This document shows, in pieces, positions 28,811 to 43,272 of a DNA stretch of 64,000 nt. Within the stretch, counting starts at the first letter, position 1. Each line of letters starts with the position of its first letter. Origin of the DNA: the human T2T-CHM13v2.0 reference genome, Homo sapiens; NCBI RefSeq assembly GCF_009914755.1, contig NC_060933.1; one strand, 5' to 3'. Position numbers and translations under genes: made by a program. Below the pieces are notes generated by a model, which was given only the letters and a program-made list of their open reading frames with translations, ran no database searches and had not been told where the DNA came from.

Positions 28811-30030
28811 TATTTCACCTTCATTTTGAAGAATATTTTTAGTGAATGTAGAATTCTCTATTGGAAATTATTTTCTTTCAGTTTTATAAAAGCATCATTT
28901 AATTTTCTTCTGTGGAAAAGTCAGCTACTGTCTACAAATTGCTCCTTTAAAGTCCATTTCCCTGTTTCTGGTTGCTTTTAAGGTTTTTTTCTTCTCTACC
29001 TTTGATTTTCAGCAATTTTATTATTATAACAAGCCTAATCATGAATTTCTCTCTCCACCTCAGTTTCATATAGTTTCTTGAATCTATGTCTAGATATCTG
29101 TGATTAGTCCTGAAAAACTCTTGCTCATTAACTCTTCCAAAAATGCATCTGGCTTATTTTTTTCTGTCTTATTCTTTGACTCCAAATAAAGAATGTTATA
29201 CCTTCTCTTTATATCATCTTTTATTTTGTATCTTAATTCTTGGTGACCTCATTGCTTCCACTTGGATATTTTTTCTCACCTATCTTTTAGATTACTAATT
29301 CTTCTGTTCAACTGTATCTAATTTGCTATTAAATCTATTCATTGGGGTCTAAATTTTGATTTTTTTTTCCATTCAAGAATTTTCATTTGATTCTCTGCTA
29401 AAATTTTGAATCTTTACTTTTTAACTTAATAATCCCTGTTATTTTAGTGTTTATGTATAAGTAACTCTTAGGAATTATTTAGACTTTATCTTAATTTGAT
29501 TTCATCCATTATTTATTTCATCTGCTGTATATTCTGGCTTTTCTTCATGTGAATTTGTCTTCTTAAATGACTGATTATTTTTATTTTGTACCAAATATTT
29601 TATTTATGAATCATTTGTAAAAATAGTTTGAGACTTGGACCGTTATCTTTCTCCAGAGAGGATTTATCTTTGCTTTTGACAAGTACTAATGGGCATTAAC
29701 TCTCTGGGAAAATCTTTGCACAAGTTCACTGGCAGCATAATAATTCATCTTTACTCCTACGATGCAGCCCATTTGGGTTCCTACGCTAAGATGAGTTTTT
29801 CTGCCTGTTGGTCCTGGGCTTCAATAATTGCCCATTTAGTGCTGTTCAGCCCCTCATCCTCTCAGCCACACCTTTTGGAATTGACAAGTACCTATGTCAA
29901 CCTGCTTTTCCAACAGGAATACAAACCCAAATGCCATGGCTGCTTCTTTGGATCTTTATCTTCTCCTGGCTTCTACTTGATAAGTCTTCATAGTTTTGTT
30001 AACAGTCTGATTCCTTTAAAAATACTTTTT

Positions 30031-30834
30031 TTTAGCACACGATCAACAAGTGTATGAAAAAACCCTCAATATCACTAACCCTTAGGGAAATGCAAATTGA
30101 AACTACAATGAGATACCATCTCATACCAGTCAGAATGGCTATTATTAACATGTCAAAAAAATAACAGATGCTGGAAAGGTTGCAGAGAATAGGGAACACT
30201 TATACACTGCTGGTAGGAATGTAAATTAGTCCAGCCACTGTGAAACGCAGTCACGAATTTCTCAAAGAACTTAACAGAGTGTTACCATTCAACCCTGTAA
30301 TCCCATTACTGGATATACACCCAAAGGAATATAAATGGTTCTACCATAAAGACACATGAATGCATATGTTCATTACAGCACCGTTCACAATAGCAATAAC
30401 ATGGAATCAGTCTAGACGCCCATCAATGGTAGATTTGATTTTAAAAAAATGGTACATATATGCTATGGAATACTACACGGCCATAAAAAAGAATGAGATC
30501 ATGTCCTTTGCGGCAACATGGATAGAGCTGGTGGGCATTTTTCTAAGCACATTAATGCAGGAACAGAAAACCAAATACTGCATGTTTGCACTTATAAGTG
30601 GGAGCTAAATGTTGAATACACATGGATACAAGGAAGGGAATAATAGACACTAGGTCTACTTAAGTGTGGAGAGTGTGAGGACACTGAAGATTAAAAAACT
30701 ACCTATCAAGTATTGTGCTGATTACCCGAGTGACAAAATTATCTGTACACCAAACCTCTGCAACACACAATTTACCCATGTAACAAGCCTCCACATGTAC
30801 TCCTTGAAACTAAAATAAAAGTTGGATAAAAAAA
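30031..30834 (+). mobile_element. 5'-truncated L1PA15/16-like element
   Basis: ORF2 C-terminal remnant (KKWYIYAMEYYTAIKKNEIMSFAATW) and 3' UTR ending aaactaaaataaaagtt. Confidence 0.9.
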
Positions 30835-30841
30835 CACATAC

Positions 30842-31211
<370 letters not shown>

Positions 31212-31439
31212 TTAGTCAGACTAAAATTTACTGAGATGAAATCAATATCCTTGGCCATTTCTTAATCTATCTAAATAATTGGGTCTAAATATAAAGATAA
31301 TCACATAAAATAAAAACTATGATTTCTAATAAATAAATAAAATACTTTTTAAAGATTTAAGCAGTTTTTAAAATTGTCCTTATAAGAAAGTTTGGTTCAA
31401 ATTACTTAGTTCACCATCATTAGATGGAAATCCTAATTC

Positions 31440-31740
31440 TAACCATCTTCTAAGGTCCAGTTCAAATTTAATCTCCTCCACAAAGCTCCTTCTGCCACTC
31501 TTTCTTCTAGGCAGAACTAAATCCTATTTCGTCTCTGTGCCCATACCTGCCATTTTAAGCCAGAGATTAGAGAACTTCTATCTGTCATTATGGTTATCTA
31601 TGTGTCCCTTTATGAGAAGGGATGATATATTTTTGATACCTTTGTCAAGAAACCAAAAAATGAACAATGTACTTAATTTTTTAGCTATTGAAACACTTTT
31701 GCACTGACTTTGCACTATTTTAGCACTCTCAACAAACATG
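31440..31740 (+). mobile_element. L2 fragment
   Basis: ccatcttctaaggtccagttcaaatttaatctcctccacaaagc is L2-like. Confidence 0.5.
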
Positions 31741-32152
31741 CCCTGAAAATCCAAATAAAATAATTTAAAATGGAAAATTATTGAGAAAAATGGTGTTATT
31801 CTCATTTCTAATAACAGTTTTCAAAATCAAACTTATACCATACAAAAAGTATCATGTGGTATTCTATATTGGATAGAAAGAATTATGCTGCTGTAATTTA
31901 CCTTCAAGGCCATCACCACTGTCTGCTAAATTCTTGGAAGTACAACTTTCATCAACAAAGTGAAAACTCATTCAGTAAATTCTGGAGAATATAAAGGTAA
32001 ATCTTTCAAGATAAGGAGAAAACACAACTTCAATTCAAATACATGAGACATAATCTGACGGGGCAGAAAAAACTTGAAATATTTCTAATAATTGAAGGCA
32101 ATAAAGAGATCCTGGTCTGTCCCCAAGTTATCAAATTACCTATGTCTTATTC

Positions 32153-32158
<6 letters not shown>

Positions 32159-32208
<50 letters not shown>

Positions 32209-32300
32209 CAGATACACAAATATATATAAGTATATATATATAGAGAGAGAGAGAATATATATGATGGAAAATATAGATATACATATCTGAGATATATATA
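32159..32300. repeat. (TA)n microsatellite with degenerate TA/GA flank
   Basis: Seen directly. Pure TA run at 32159-32207. Confidence 0.95.
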
Positions 32301-33534
32301 TGTCAGAGATATTCTTTGCCTTTTTAACGTTAATCATTTCTAATCCATTCTATCCTGGGTTCTATTGTTCTTCAGTTCTTTTTTTCCCGCATATAGTATT
32401 GACGTCTTCCATTCTTGTCATCTAAAATTCAGGATGTACTTTCACAAAAGTTCCTAAATTGTAAATGTTGATGCTTATGACCTATTTGGAACAAAAACAA
32501 ATCTGATATGGGTAGAAATGAATGAATCTTTGTTTGGTTAGTCTAGGTTAGATACAAGGCACTTCTAGGATGCTATGGGCAAAATACTAAAAAAACAGGA
32601 AAACCTAACCATGGAACACAACTGTCCCTTGGACCACATTGCCCATAGTGTGCCCAAGAGAGAGCATATATTGACAGATAGGCCTGTGTCTCTGATACTC
32701 TGAATTGACGAATGACTTGAAAAACTTTAGATATCTATAGGCACTGCTAAGATGGCTTTCCATGTTTCTCTTTTCATTATGTTATTCAACATCAGAAGGC
32801 TGCAGCTCCAGGAATACGAAGCACCATGTTTTGTGCCCTCTCATCCTGCTCAGTTGTGTGTGACTACTGCAACATATTAAAAAAAGAAAGCAGGTATATG
32901 TAAATGTGTGTGATGGTGTGGTATACACAGTATATGAGTGTGTGTGTATGTGTATGTGTGTTCTAGGCTTGTACTATACATGGAATGTGTATGGGTAGGG
33001 GAGGAGCAGGGTACTGAAAGTTATAATGCATAAAACTAGAATTTCGGCCTTAAAAGATAGAATTAAGAATTGAGAAATATGAGAAAAAGTAAATAATCAT
33101 ATAAGTATACATTTTAAAAATCCATGAAACAAGACTTTCCATTTACAATTGCCTCTAATTAGTAATACTTGACATACTCTCTATCCAAGTTATCATTGGG
33201 GCACAGATGAAAACAGAGTTGAGGGTGAAAGCCAACAATACCACCAGCAGCCCAATGCTAGAATATGAGTGGGATTTTCATTTACTGTGAAGCAGGTGGA
33301 GATAGATTATGAAAAAAAATTGTGAAGTCTTCACCTTATGACATTGATAGGCTTTGTCCCATGAAATAAACACAACCTGAGAAAAAGGTAAACAGACACT
33401 TTGTACCTCCCTCACATATGACCTTGAACTCAGAGATCCTGAGTCCGTGCTAAGCAGAAATTCTGGGCAGTTCTCTTTTTTGTTTCCTAATAATTCTAAT
33501 CCACTTTTAGATTCACAAAATTCAGGCCTCCTCA

Positions 33535-33680
33535 TTATCCCAGATCTACCACTTACAACTGCATAACTTGGACAAACCCCTTAACTTTTCTGAGTCACTT
33601 AACATTTTGAAGATAGTGTCTATGTCATTGGTGTCAAGAGATTTAAGTAAGTACAGGGCTTAATAAATATTAGCTTATTT
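33535..33680 (+). mobile_element. MIR
   Basis: tcccagatctaccacttacaactgcataacttggacaaaccccttaac. Confidence 0.6.
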
Positions 33681-34697
33681 TACTTTTAAGAAAAAAAGGC
33701 AAAACTGGCACAAAAAAGGCAAATATTTTATTATATAAAGACAGCATAGTTTTATTATTTCATACTACTGTGGCCTGAATCATCAATTCTGTTTGCTGAT
33801 TATTGCCAAAAGGGAGTGCAGAGAAATTATTCTAAAACTAAAGTAGTTATTTTTGGAAGCCATTCTATTACTTTTAATTGGTATATAAATAACAACCACA
33901 TACAATGAATTACCTTGTTTAGTTATTTTGGTGCATATTCACTCACAGTTTATTCTGGAGGGTACACCAGAAAATAGCACTACTGAAAGCTTAGCATTTT
34001 ATGGATAGTTTATGGATATTTTACTTTTGTCCAGGCAAGCGTGTGATTTTACTTGCCTTAAATTCTTCAGGTATAATTATTTCTGTGATATAATATGGAG
34101 TATATCTTGGGGGTTTTATTGCCCATTTGTGCAGGCACTGAAGCCAATTTGAAACAATCTTCTGAACAGAATCCTGGCCCCCTGGCATAATTATATCCAA
34201 GCAGAGACAGCATGCATGCATTCATACTAGATTTCTTAGTTATCCCCCCAATATCAGGCAACTTTATTCCTAACTTGATTATCTCCTAGTAATACTGGGT
34301 CTATGTAGAAATGGCAAAATCAAAGTCATACTCAAGCATCACTATGAAGTGTAATCTGGAGCTGTGTAACATGTACATTTAGTCTTACAAATCTCGATTC
34401 AGGGACAGGTTTTTAGAACACTCAGACCAAACTGTCCCATGTTCTAAAATATGCAAGCTAGGTCAGTTGCCTACACATCTAAACTGCAACCATTTCTATC
34501 CTACCTGTTCCCACTATAAGGAATTATTTCTACTGCATCATATGGTGGTATAATGTCATCAGCATGTATGGAAAACACTTATGTATAGCTATAAGGAATG
34601 TCACATATCTACTGTGATGTGTTACCTAGGATATTATTCAGTATATCACAGGTAATTCTCATTATGAGAACTATAAAGAAAAATAAACACTACCAGT

Positions 34698-35198
34698 TGT
34701 GTCTCCCTCTGCCTTTTCTCAACCCTCTTCTCCTTATGAGTTTCTCAGGCTCAAAAAGGCAGGTGCTCACACTCCCAGCCTCTCTTGCAGGTTTGAATGG
34801 CCATGATGACCCAGTTCTGGCCAGTGTGACATAAACAGAAGTTGATGTAGGGGAATTCCAGGAAAGACCTTCCGCAATCCCATGAAAGCCATTAGAGCAG
34901 AAATTCTCTCCTGCCCTGTACTTCCTTCCCCACTTCCTACCTTTGATAGTTGGAATACTGGCAGGCATCTCACCACCAAGAGAAGACAAACTAAAGGATC
35001 AAAAGCAACGTACTGAAGATAGGAGAGCAAAAGATGAAAATAACTTGGATCGTTAGTGATCCTGAAGGGCCACCAAATAAACCTTTGGATGCTTACCTCT
35101 ATACTTCCTATTGAGTGAGATACTCAAATATCTTCATTATGAAGTCACTATTAGTCATACATTGTTATTTATTTCTGATAGTATTCATAAGTGATACA
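34698..35198 (+). mobile_element. MaLR LTR (MLT1J-like)
   Basis: ccagcctctcttgcagg...gacccagttctggccagtg...aagtgataca. Confidence 0.75.
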
Positions 35199-35594
35199 GG
35201 ATTCAGAAAGAAAATTTAATTGAAATTTATACAACGAATTTGGAATTTTCCTAAAGATTTGGGTTTGTGTGTGTTTTTTTTCCTTCTCATTGTATCATGA
35301 ACACAAAAATAAATAATATTTTCTTTTTTGTGGTGGCTTCTGTAAAAGTTAAATCAAGTTTTTTATCTACTTGATATAAAGAGTTTTGTTACACATTTTA
35401 TTTTGTTTTAGATTTGTTGTTGTTGTTGTTGTTGTTGTTTTGGTCTCATTCCTGACTTTATTTTCTTCTTCTTTGGCAAAAATTTCTCACTATTCCCAAA
35501 ATTCCATAATTTTCTCATTTTTCTTATTCAGCAAAACACTTCTCTACTTCAAGTTTTATCACGGACCAGGACTGATCAACTAAATGCGAATAGA

Positions 35595-36200
35595 TGTGTT
35601 CTATATCAGCTTCCCTAGAACACAAAGCCTGAATCAAGGATGAAAGGAAGATGCTTTTTGGCAAGGCATAAATTCAGAGGATCCAGGATGAGGACAAAGG
35701 CAAGTGAGCTATGCAAGATGTAAAATGATGTTTCAACAACACAAAGCTGATTGTTTGGCAGTTGCATCTATTTCATGCATAGAACTTCTCCAGATGGACT
35801 ACCAAGAAACACTGTGCTTCAAAGAATTTGATAAGGACTATGAAAGGGTACGTATGATAAAGAAGAGAGAAACCGGGTTTCCTCCATTCTTCTATGTTGG
35901 TCCAAACTTACCCCCTGGAGAATTACCTGCACACCTAGATTGTATTTGACCCATTGGCAGGCACTCAGAGCCCCAACACCATGTGCTCTGGCATTCACCT
36001 AAGTTCAGATAGGATGACACAGCCAAACAATTTAGGTATGAAGCCTGGCTGATCAGTAGAGGCCAAGTAGAGAGCTTTCTGAGGGCAAAAGGCTGAATCT
36101 GCCCTAGGTGTCCAACTGCCAGACCTAACAGACAGGCAAAGTGAATCAAATAGCTGGAGGTCACAGAAGGGTCCAACACCCAGGGACTCCGAGGAGCTAC
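35595..36200 (-). mobile_element. ERVL LTR remnant (LTR16/LTR40-class)
   Basis: tgtgttctatatcagcttccctagaacacaaagcctga resembles a reverse ERVL LTR end. Confidence 0.45.
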
Positions 36201-36567
36201 AGAAGAGAGATGTATAATGTCTCAGCCACTTCCTTAAGGGGAAGCTGCTCGCTCCCCACACCGTAATTTGATCTTCCTACAGACTAAAATTTAAACATGG
36301 TGTGGTGCTGATCAAAGCAAAAAGAAAGAACAATGGCCTCACTGAGCAGAGCTGACCCTAGACTACCCACCTATCTCTGAACGATTACATTAGAGATAAA
36401 TAATTTTCCATCTGGTGTGAGCAATTGTATAAATCAGTCTTTTAGTTTCAATGGCATCAGTTCTTTTTCTTTCTTTTTTTCTTTCACAGTATTTTAATGT
36501 ATGCCATTTTCTAACATTCTATATATTCTTGTAAAAGTGCTTGACTTCTTTTTGGAAGAATATACTT

Positions 36568-37044
36568 TGTGCCATTTGTTTGCAACTCCAAATCCCTACC
36601 TACACCTTTCCACCTGCCTTCTTCCCCACTGGCAGATGACATTAATGGGCTCTTCCTTGCTTTCTGGCTTCGTTAGAATTAACAATGGGGATATCAGCAA
36701 GAAATCAGAGATGAGTAGAAAACAACATTACAGGATTTTTTCTGCTGGGATCCCCTGCCTCAACCTGGCTGTGTCTCTCCAATGAAGGTCACTGCTCCTC
36801 TCAAGACAGCCCTCTCAAGAAAATTTGCTCCTTCTGGGTCCTAGTAATCACTCTCTCTCTCCTCATTCCCCTGGGCCTAGAGGTGGTACCAGCTCCATGG
36901 TTACTAATCCAGTGTTACTGTACTATTTCTTGTGGTTTCTATCAAGCCCACACTTCTGTAATTGGTTCTTATGTAAATACATTTTCTTGGAATATTCTTA
37001 ATTTATGCTTGACATCTGTTTTCTGTTGGGACCCTGATTGCAAC
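36568..37044 (+). mobile_element. LTR33-like ERVL LTR
   Basis: Start tgtgccatttgtttg...ccaaatccc. End catctgttttctgttgggaccctgattgcaaca. Confidence 0.75.
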
Positions 37045-37369
37045 AAAACAAAACATTGTGTAAGTACATAAAATTTCCAGATATCTCCCTCCCTATTCCT
37101 TCCCTTTACCATCACTGCATCTCTCATCTTTATTTGCCCTTAATGTATGTCAAGCTTTGTGGTTACTAGAAAAAGCAGCATCTAACAGAGAAGACAAACT
37201 TATGCTTTTCTGACTCTTCTCTGATTTTGTATAATTTTTCTCTTCCTCCCACATTTATTTAAAGAAGAGCCACATTCAACATCACCATAGGATCTGCAAG
37301 GGTAATGTTAGTTGGTTTCCATTACATTTCTTCATGAAAGATATTTTTCAAAAAATAATGAATGCCTAT

Positions 37370-37510
37370 ATACCAGATTTTAGTCTCTACTCTGCCTTAG
37401 CTTCTGTGTAATCCTTAAAGTTCTTTTAACCTCCTCAGGCCCCAGTTTACTTATTTGTAAAGTAAGGGAACTAAATAAAAAATACTTTCAAGTTTCTTTC
37501 AACCCAAAAT
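37370..37510 (+). mobile_element. MIR
   Basis: ttaacctcctcaggccccagtttacttatttgtaaagtaagg. Confidence 0.6.
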
Positions 37511-38134
37511 ATCTATAAATGTATTATTATAATTAGGTCCTGAATGATAAATTGATAGATTTAAAAGACCAGTGTTTTACACAGACTTTATAGACACAAG
37601 GTACATATGTGTGCAGGTGTATTGATATATTTTTGTTTATGAAGAAATGTGTAGGTGTGTAATACAATGTCTCTCTAATCTTGAAGTCATTATCCCAACA
37701 AACTAAGCACTCTAAAATATAGATTTTACCCAGAGAAAAGTATACAAGTGTCAAGTGTTGCAAAACCCCTGAATATCTTCCCACAGGAAGGGCATTCATT
37801 CAAAGACCATCATCAGCCTTTAATTTTCACCAAATTATACTTCTATTAATCATCCACAGACTATCTGATCTAGAGCCCAACGATTGCACAAAAGACATAT
37901 AAACTTACCATACTAATTTGTAAATTAGGAGGAAAGCAAAATCAAATAAAAAATGACTCCCCCATTTTATTATTCATTCCATCAGTGAAAGTAGTGAGAA
38001 ATGAAAACTGTCAGTTTTCAACTTGATATGGCACATATTAGACAATAGCCTGAGATTTAAATGAAAACTGCATATTTTGAAGTTATCAAACAAGATACTA
38101 ACAAATTTCTGGTCTCTCTAAACACAACTGTACA

Positions 38135-38265
38135 TAGTGTTAATCTCCATGTCCGTAGGCAAGACTATTTGTTTATCACTGTAAGTTTAGCATCTACTAC
38201 ATCAGCTGACTCACAGTAGGCATTCAGAATATATTTGTAAATTAACAAATGAATGGATGAAAGAA
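38135..38265 (+). mobile_element. L2 3' end
   Basis: cacagtaggcattcagaatatatttgtaaattaacaaatgaatggatga. Confidence 0.65.
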
Positions 38266-38762
38266 TGTACTTCTCCCTCACAATTTAGACCATATGCAAT
38301 ACTGATCTGTCTAAAAACATTCTGGTAGTTTAAGTTCTAAGTCTTATAAAAATGAACATAAAATTAGTGATCTAATTTTCTAACGTAAACACTTAATTGT
38401 CCCACAAAATGTATATCCAGATGCAAGCAAGTAATTGCATATGCGAAACAATAATTTGCAAGTAAAATGACTCACTTGCATGTGTGAGGACATATTTTAC
38501 AGGTGCAATTTAGGTGCAAATTTCTGAAATTTTGAACCCAGGCATTCAGCCCATCTAACAGTTTTACTGTGATGTGAAGAATAAAATAGAAAAGCTGTCT
38601 TGGTTCTGAAAGTGAGCACCTAGACTGCTATATCAAGCAGCTTAAGTCCTTAGGGTATTTGGGCAGGGGGAGTTAAAAATAATAACAAAGTTATTTCATT
38701 TGGGAATATAGTTCTTAACCCAAAAGTTACTGTAGGTTTAAATTTCAAATACATTTTCTCAC

Positions 38763-38790
38763 CAGTTCATCCACTCTCACAGGGAATTGC
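38763..38790 (-). other. Candidate 28-nt exon
   Basis: Strong acceptor tttcctctacttcttgattttgcctgcag|GCAATT and donor CTG|gtgaga. Confidence 0.35.
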
Positions 38791-39329
38791 CTGCAGGCAA
38801 AATCAAGAAGTAGAGGAAATTTGTCTCAGGTCTCAGGAACCCATCTGTTGTTCTTCTGTTTTCTTCTTCTTTTCCCAATATTAAGGTCATTCCTCCATAT
38901 CCAAAATTTTCAATAGTTAGCTAGCGTGAGAAACCAATTCAAAGCCTTAGCACCTCATATTTCAATTATTTCTCACTCTCCTTACTAAGATCAAAATAAA
39001 CTTGCTTACACATGTTAAAGAAATAATCTACTAAATCTGACATGAATAGTAGTTATTAGGTGAGCTTAGTAATAATACAGATTCCATGGCCCAGTAGAAA
39101 TAATGATTCTGTAGGGCTATGATTGGGCCTAAGAATAAATATTTTAACAATTAGTCCAGGTAATTCTGATGTAGACTACCACATTTTGAGAAACATGCCT
39201 TTAAAGCTCCAGTTTTTACTTTCCAAGGTGACATGTAACTAAAAATAAGAGTTAAACTATTAAAAGTTAGTAATAGATGATAGGTTTCAGCATGAGAATT
39301 AAAAAGACCTGAGACTTAGCTGAAATCGT

Positions 39330-39463
39330 TGAGGCAGTCCAGCATAATGGGAGAAACTCGAATCATGAATTTAGTTGGACTTTGCTCTGAAAGTGTACTC
39401 CTCCCTTTGTGAACTATATGACAGTGGACAAGTTCCTGAACTTCTCTGAGCCTCAGTTTCCTT
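39330..39463 (+). mobile_element. MIR
   Basis: tgacagtggacaagttcctgaacttctctgagcctcagtttcct. Confidence 0.7.
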
Positions 39464-39857
39464 GAGAAAGGATTTAATTAAACCTTCGCTTCTAGGTTTG
39501 GGAGGATTGAATGGCAGTAAAGGAAAGAGCCCAGGAAGCTGAGAAGCACATGGAAGCAGATCTCTGTCTCTGGAGTTGTAAAGGAGCAGCTGAATATGTC
39601 CTGAGAGCCTGGCAGTGTCAGGAACTTGGACTCAGACTGAGAGGTTTTGCAGGGAGCCATGAAGGCAGTCTAGGTGGTGAGCTGCATTGACCAAACTCTC
39701 AGAATCAGACCTGTATAATAATATTTCAGTGGACATCAGCACTGATAGATGAAGTTACCAGGAATTAGGTTCAAATCCTAGCATTTTCTAAGACCCCTGA
39801 ATGAAAATGCAAAGCATGAAATTAAAGAAGAAAAAGAGCCCCAATTTGATTAAGTGG

Positions 39858-40576
39858 TGTCAACTGATGAATGAAAAGGTTCATACATTTTTAAAGTGGA
39901 GCTTTATTTCTCATAAAGGATTGCAGCCTGCAGGGTGGCCATTCTGACAGGCTGGGAAACATAGCCTCCTTCCAGAAGCCAGAAACAGACATTTCGAGGG
40001 TGGGAAGAATAAGACAGAGATGTATGCGGAATGAGGTGGCTGACTATACATATTCAATAAGCTATAGGAGGAGTCATGAATATTTATGAAAGGAGAAACA
40101 TGGGCAGGTGCAATTGAGTTCATGCCTCTCCATGGGACCCCATCTTCAAAAATGGCGGCATTAACATGATCTGAGAGTGAAGTTTTCAGCCCTCTGACAT
40201 CAAAAGGTGAAGCAGAGGACACAAAAACCCTCACTGCTCGTTCTTCGAAGACTGGCCAGAACCACTTCGTGGTCAGTGGTTTCTTATGGAGAAGGAATGC
40301 TGATTGGTTGTGCAGAAACTGCAAAAGGGAGTGGCAGTAGTTAGGCAGTTGGGTGAAATCAGCAGTAAAATTTCTCCAAAGGGCTTGTTTCTGTTTACCC
40401 CTTAGGGAAGAAAGCCTAAGAGTGGTTAGCAAGGGAAAGGATATAATGGGACATGTACATCCTCACATCCTGTCATGGCCAGGGGCTCAGCTTCCAAGTT
40501 TTCTTTGGCATCCCCTTGGCAAAGAAATGGTCCATTCAGTTGGTTGGGGTCTTAGAATTTTATTTTTATTTCTTCA
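39858..40576 (-). mobile_element. ERV1 MER4-group solo LTR (LTR39/MER49-like)
   Basis: Minus-strand start TGAAGAAATAAAAATAAAATTCTAAGACCCCAACCAACTGAATGGACC and end ...CAGTTGACA. Contains YY1-like AAAATGGCGGC near 40150. Confidence 0.85.
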
Positions 40577-43255
40577 TGGGTATAACTCAGTGAGCTATAG
40601 GGGATTCAAAGTAGAGAGAAATTATAATTCCTGAAAACTTAACAAAGTTTTATGTATTACCCACCTGATGAACACCTGAGCTGTTCCCCCTTTGTTTGTA
40701 ATGTGCTGAACAGGATGTGCTTTACACAGAGTAATGTGTTCAAAAAGTGCTGACTTTCTCACTAGTGACCTAGGGCAAGCAGGTCAAGGAATAAAAGTGA
40801 AAAAAGAACTACGGTATCAGGCTGATCTTTCAATGCCCTGGCTGACAAGCTTGCATTAAAATAAATTATGTCATTAGGAAAAAGTAAAATGTATGATTGT
40901 GTGCTGCCTACTATGAAATTTTATAAAACATGGCCCCTGCCCTCTGAATATGAATAAGGAAGGCAGATAAGTCTAGACCTCATGGAAGCTAGCTATTGAT
41001 CAAAACAGATTTCAAAGGCAAATGAGAGCTTGGAAGAAGTGACTTTTCAAAACTGGAGAACGACTAGTAGGAGACTGGCCTTGCGCAGCAGTTGATGGAC
41101 CACTAACATACTTTACCTAAAGTCATCTGCCACCCACTATGAAGTAAAGCTGTGATGCAAAGCTACCATTTCCTGTCCTCTCCTAAATAGAAATAAAAGG
41201 AGATGATTTTTGAATGAATGTCCCACCTTATTAGTTGCCATCCAGTGAGCATCTACCATAAGCCTCGTCTGGCCCTGAACTAGAAACTTCATGCATCTTT
41301 CTTATTCTTTCAATGAGGCTGATGTTATTGTGCCCACTTTTTACAAAGAATCCAAGAATCAACTGAAGGAACTTGCCCAGTGCCACAGACTAAGCTGAGT
41401 TCCACTCAGCTCTATCTGACACCAAAGCCTATTAGGTGCCACTGTCTATGGCCCATGGTTTTCCATGAAGTCACTGAGCCTAAGTAAAGGTAAGAATCAA
41501 GCTCCATTCCTTCCTTTGTAGTTTCCACCTCTTTTCTTCTTCATTTATCCCAAAATAATCACACTACCATTTCTACAAAGTAATGCACCCTGGCATATCA
41601 GTTACATATCTGTTTTAAAAGAATAAAAAATTAATAAACAAAAAAAGAAAATATTAATTTCAATGCAATAGCAAATAGTTTTGTTATTGGTTGCTCTAAA
41701 ATTTTCTGAAAAGTAGCCTGTGGAGAATATTCCCAATTTTACTCTCTTTAGCTTCGTTCTCTTCCAGCCTAAAATCCTCAAAAAAAAAGCTTATGTTGTA
41801 TTTTTTTCCAAAAACATTTACTTTCTTACATGAAGAACACAATTTTGAATATTTGTCTCAAACTGTTGTAAATAGAAGCTTAAAAATAAAAACAGCATCT
41901 ACTATACCCATAGCCTCTATAGTGTGGCACTTTCCTATAGAAAATGTGCTGAATTTCAGTCAAAACACATTTTTTTCCTTTTAGTATGTGACTTAAATTG
42001 ATCTTTTCTCCTACTAGTTTTGCTGAGAGTGAGATTATAATCAAATGTTACATAGCAATAGTCAAATGTTACAGCACACCATGCCTTTCATCACTGTAGC
42101 CTATCCAAGTGTTTGTCCCGAGGTGAATCTGCCTTTTACTATTGAAAAATTGATGCCGGAGACAGTTACACATCTTGCCTGAGGCCATGCAAAGCCAACA
42201 GTAGAAATACGAAGTTAATCATGGAATCAAGTATCCCTTTTTCCCTTGTGTTTACTCTTAGATATCTCTACTCCAAAAACTTATATTTTTAAGAAAAAAA
42301 TTTTTATTTAGTGCACATTTTCTAGTAAGTCCATTATTTGGTTGTAAACTTCTTGAGGGAAGGAGCAATTCTATTGATTCTTGGTATTTAGCAATGTACA
42401 TCCAATGGAAATTTGTTATAATTACATAATTAATTATATGTCTTCCTTTCCTTATTTCAGAAAGTATTTAGAGGAGCTTTCCGGAGCATGTAAACTTAGG
42501 ATATAAGCATATAAACTTAGGATATGCTCTTTCCAGAGCATATAAACATATACAATATAACAAATTAAAAGTGAAAGTGAAATATAATGTAAAATATTGT
42601 GTGAGATGTAGAAGCAAGATGAAAGGTAAAGCCTGGGGATGCGGCTAAAATGTGTTTACAATCTTGCAAAATGTTATACCGGCTACAAATGGCTCCCATA
42701 TTTACTTCTAAACTTACTAATAGCAAGTAAGAAAAGGGGAATTAGATCAGTTATCCCATTCACAGAAACTGACTACTCAAAAAACCACCTACTGCCTAAG
42801 AGAAGGAATCTTCTTGATACAACAAGCAGATACATACCCTCCAATCTACTGTTACATATGTGTTAAGTAACTTGTAGTGATTGATTTTGTTTTGGTTTAG
42901 TTTGGCTGGTTGGTTGGTTGGTTTCCTACACATTTCTCTGCCTCTAGGAACTTGGCAACTTACTAATACATTTACTAGCTAGTAATACCCTAAGCTAAAC
43001 AATGTCTCTTATTCATAAATTTGTTTAACAATATCAAATCATGTCCCTTGATGGCTGGTGAAATGCTAAAAATTGGCAGAGTGCCGTGATTACAGTCATT
43101 CCTAGGATTTGATCAATAAGAAACATTCTGATCTCTGTATTGTCTACCCATTTCTCTCTTGACCCATATAGGTTCTTAATCTTCTAGCCTTTCCTACAAA
43201 ATCTGTTTCTGGAATTCCCCTGACACAGGTAGGCAGCAGCCAAGAGAGAAGGCAG

Positions 43256-43272
43256 TAGTGCCACCTGGTGCT
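43256..43272 (-). promoter_or_regulatory. CTCF-like motif
   Basis: Minus strand AGCACCAGGTGGCACTA is close to the CTCF core consensus. Confidence 0.6.

Noticed and set aside
28435-30608. ORFs with L1 ORF2 C-terminal similarity (also 54415-54654)
   Set aside because: They are truncated fragments of dead L1 copies.
39239-39248. Other MEF2-consensus matches (e.g. CTAAAAATAA here, ~5691, ~41880, ~59812)
   Set aside because: They are expected by chance in AT-rich DNA and lack the promoter context of the 56206 site.
39911-40432. 173-aa ORF (and the 129-aa ORF at 1784-2173)
   Set aside because: Both lie entirely within solo LTRs and show no recognisable protein features.
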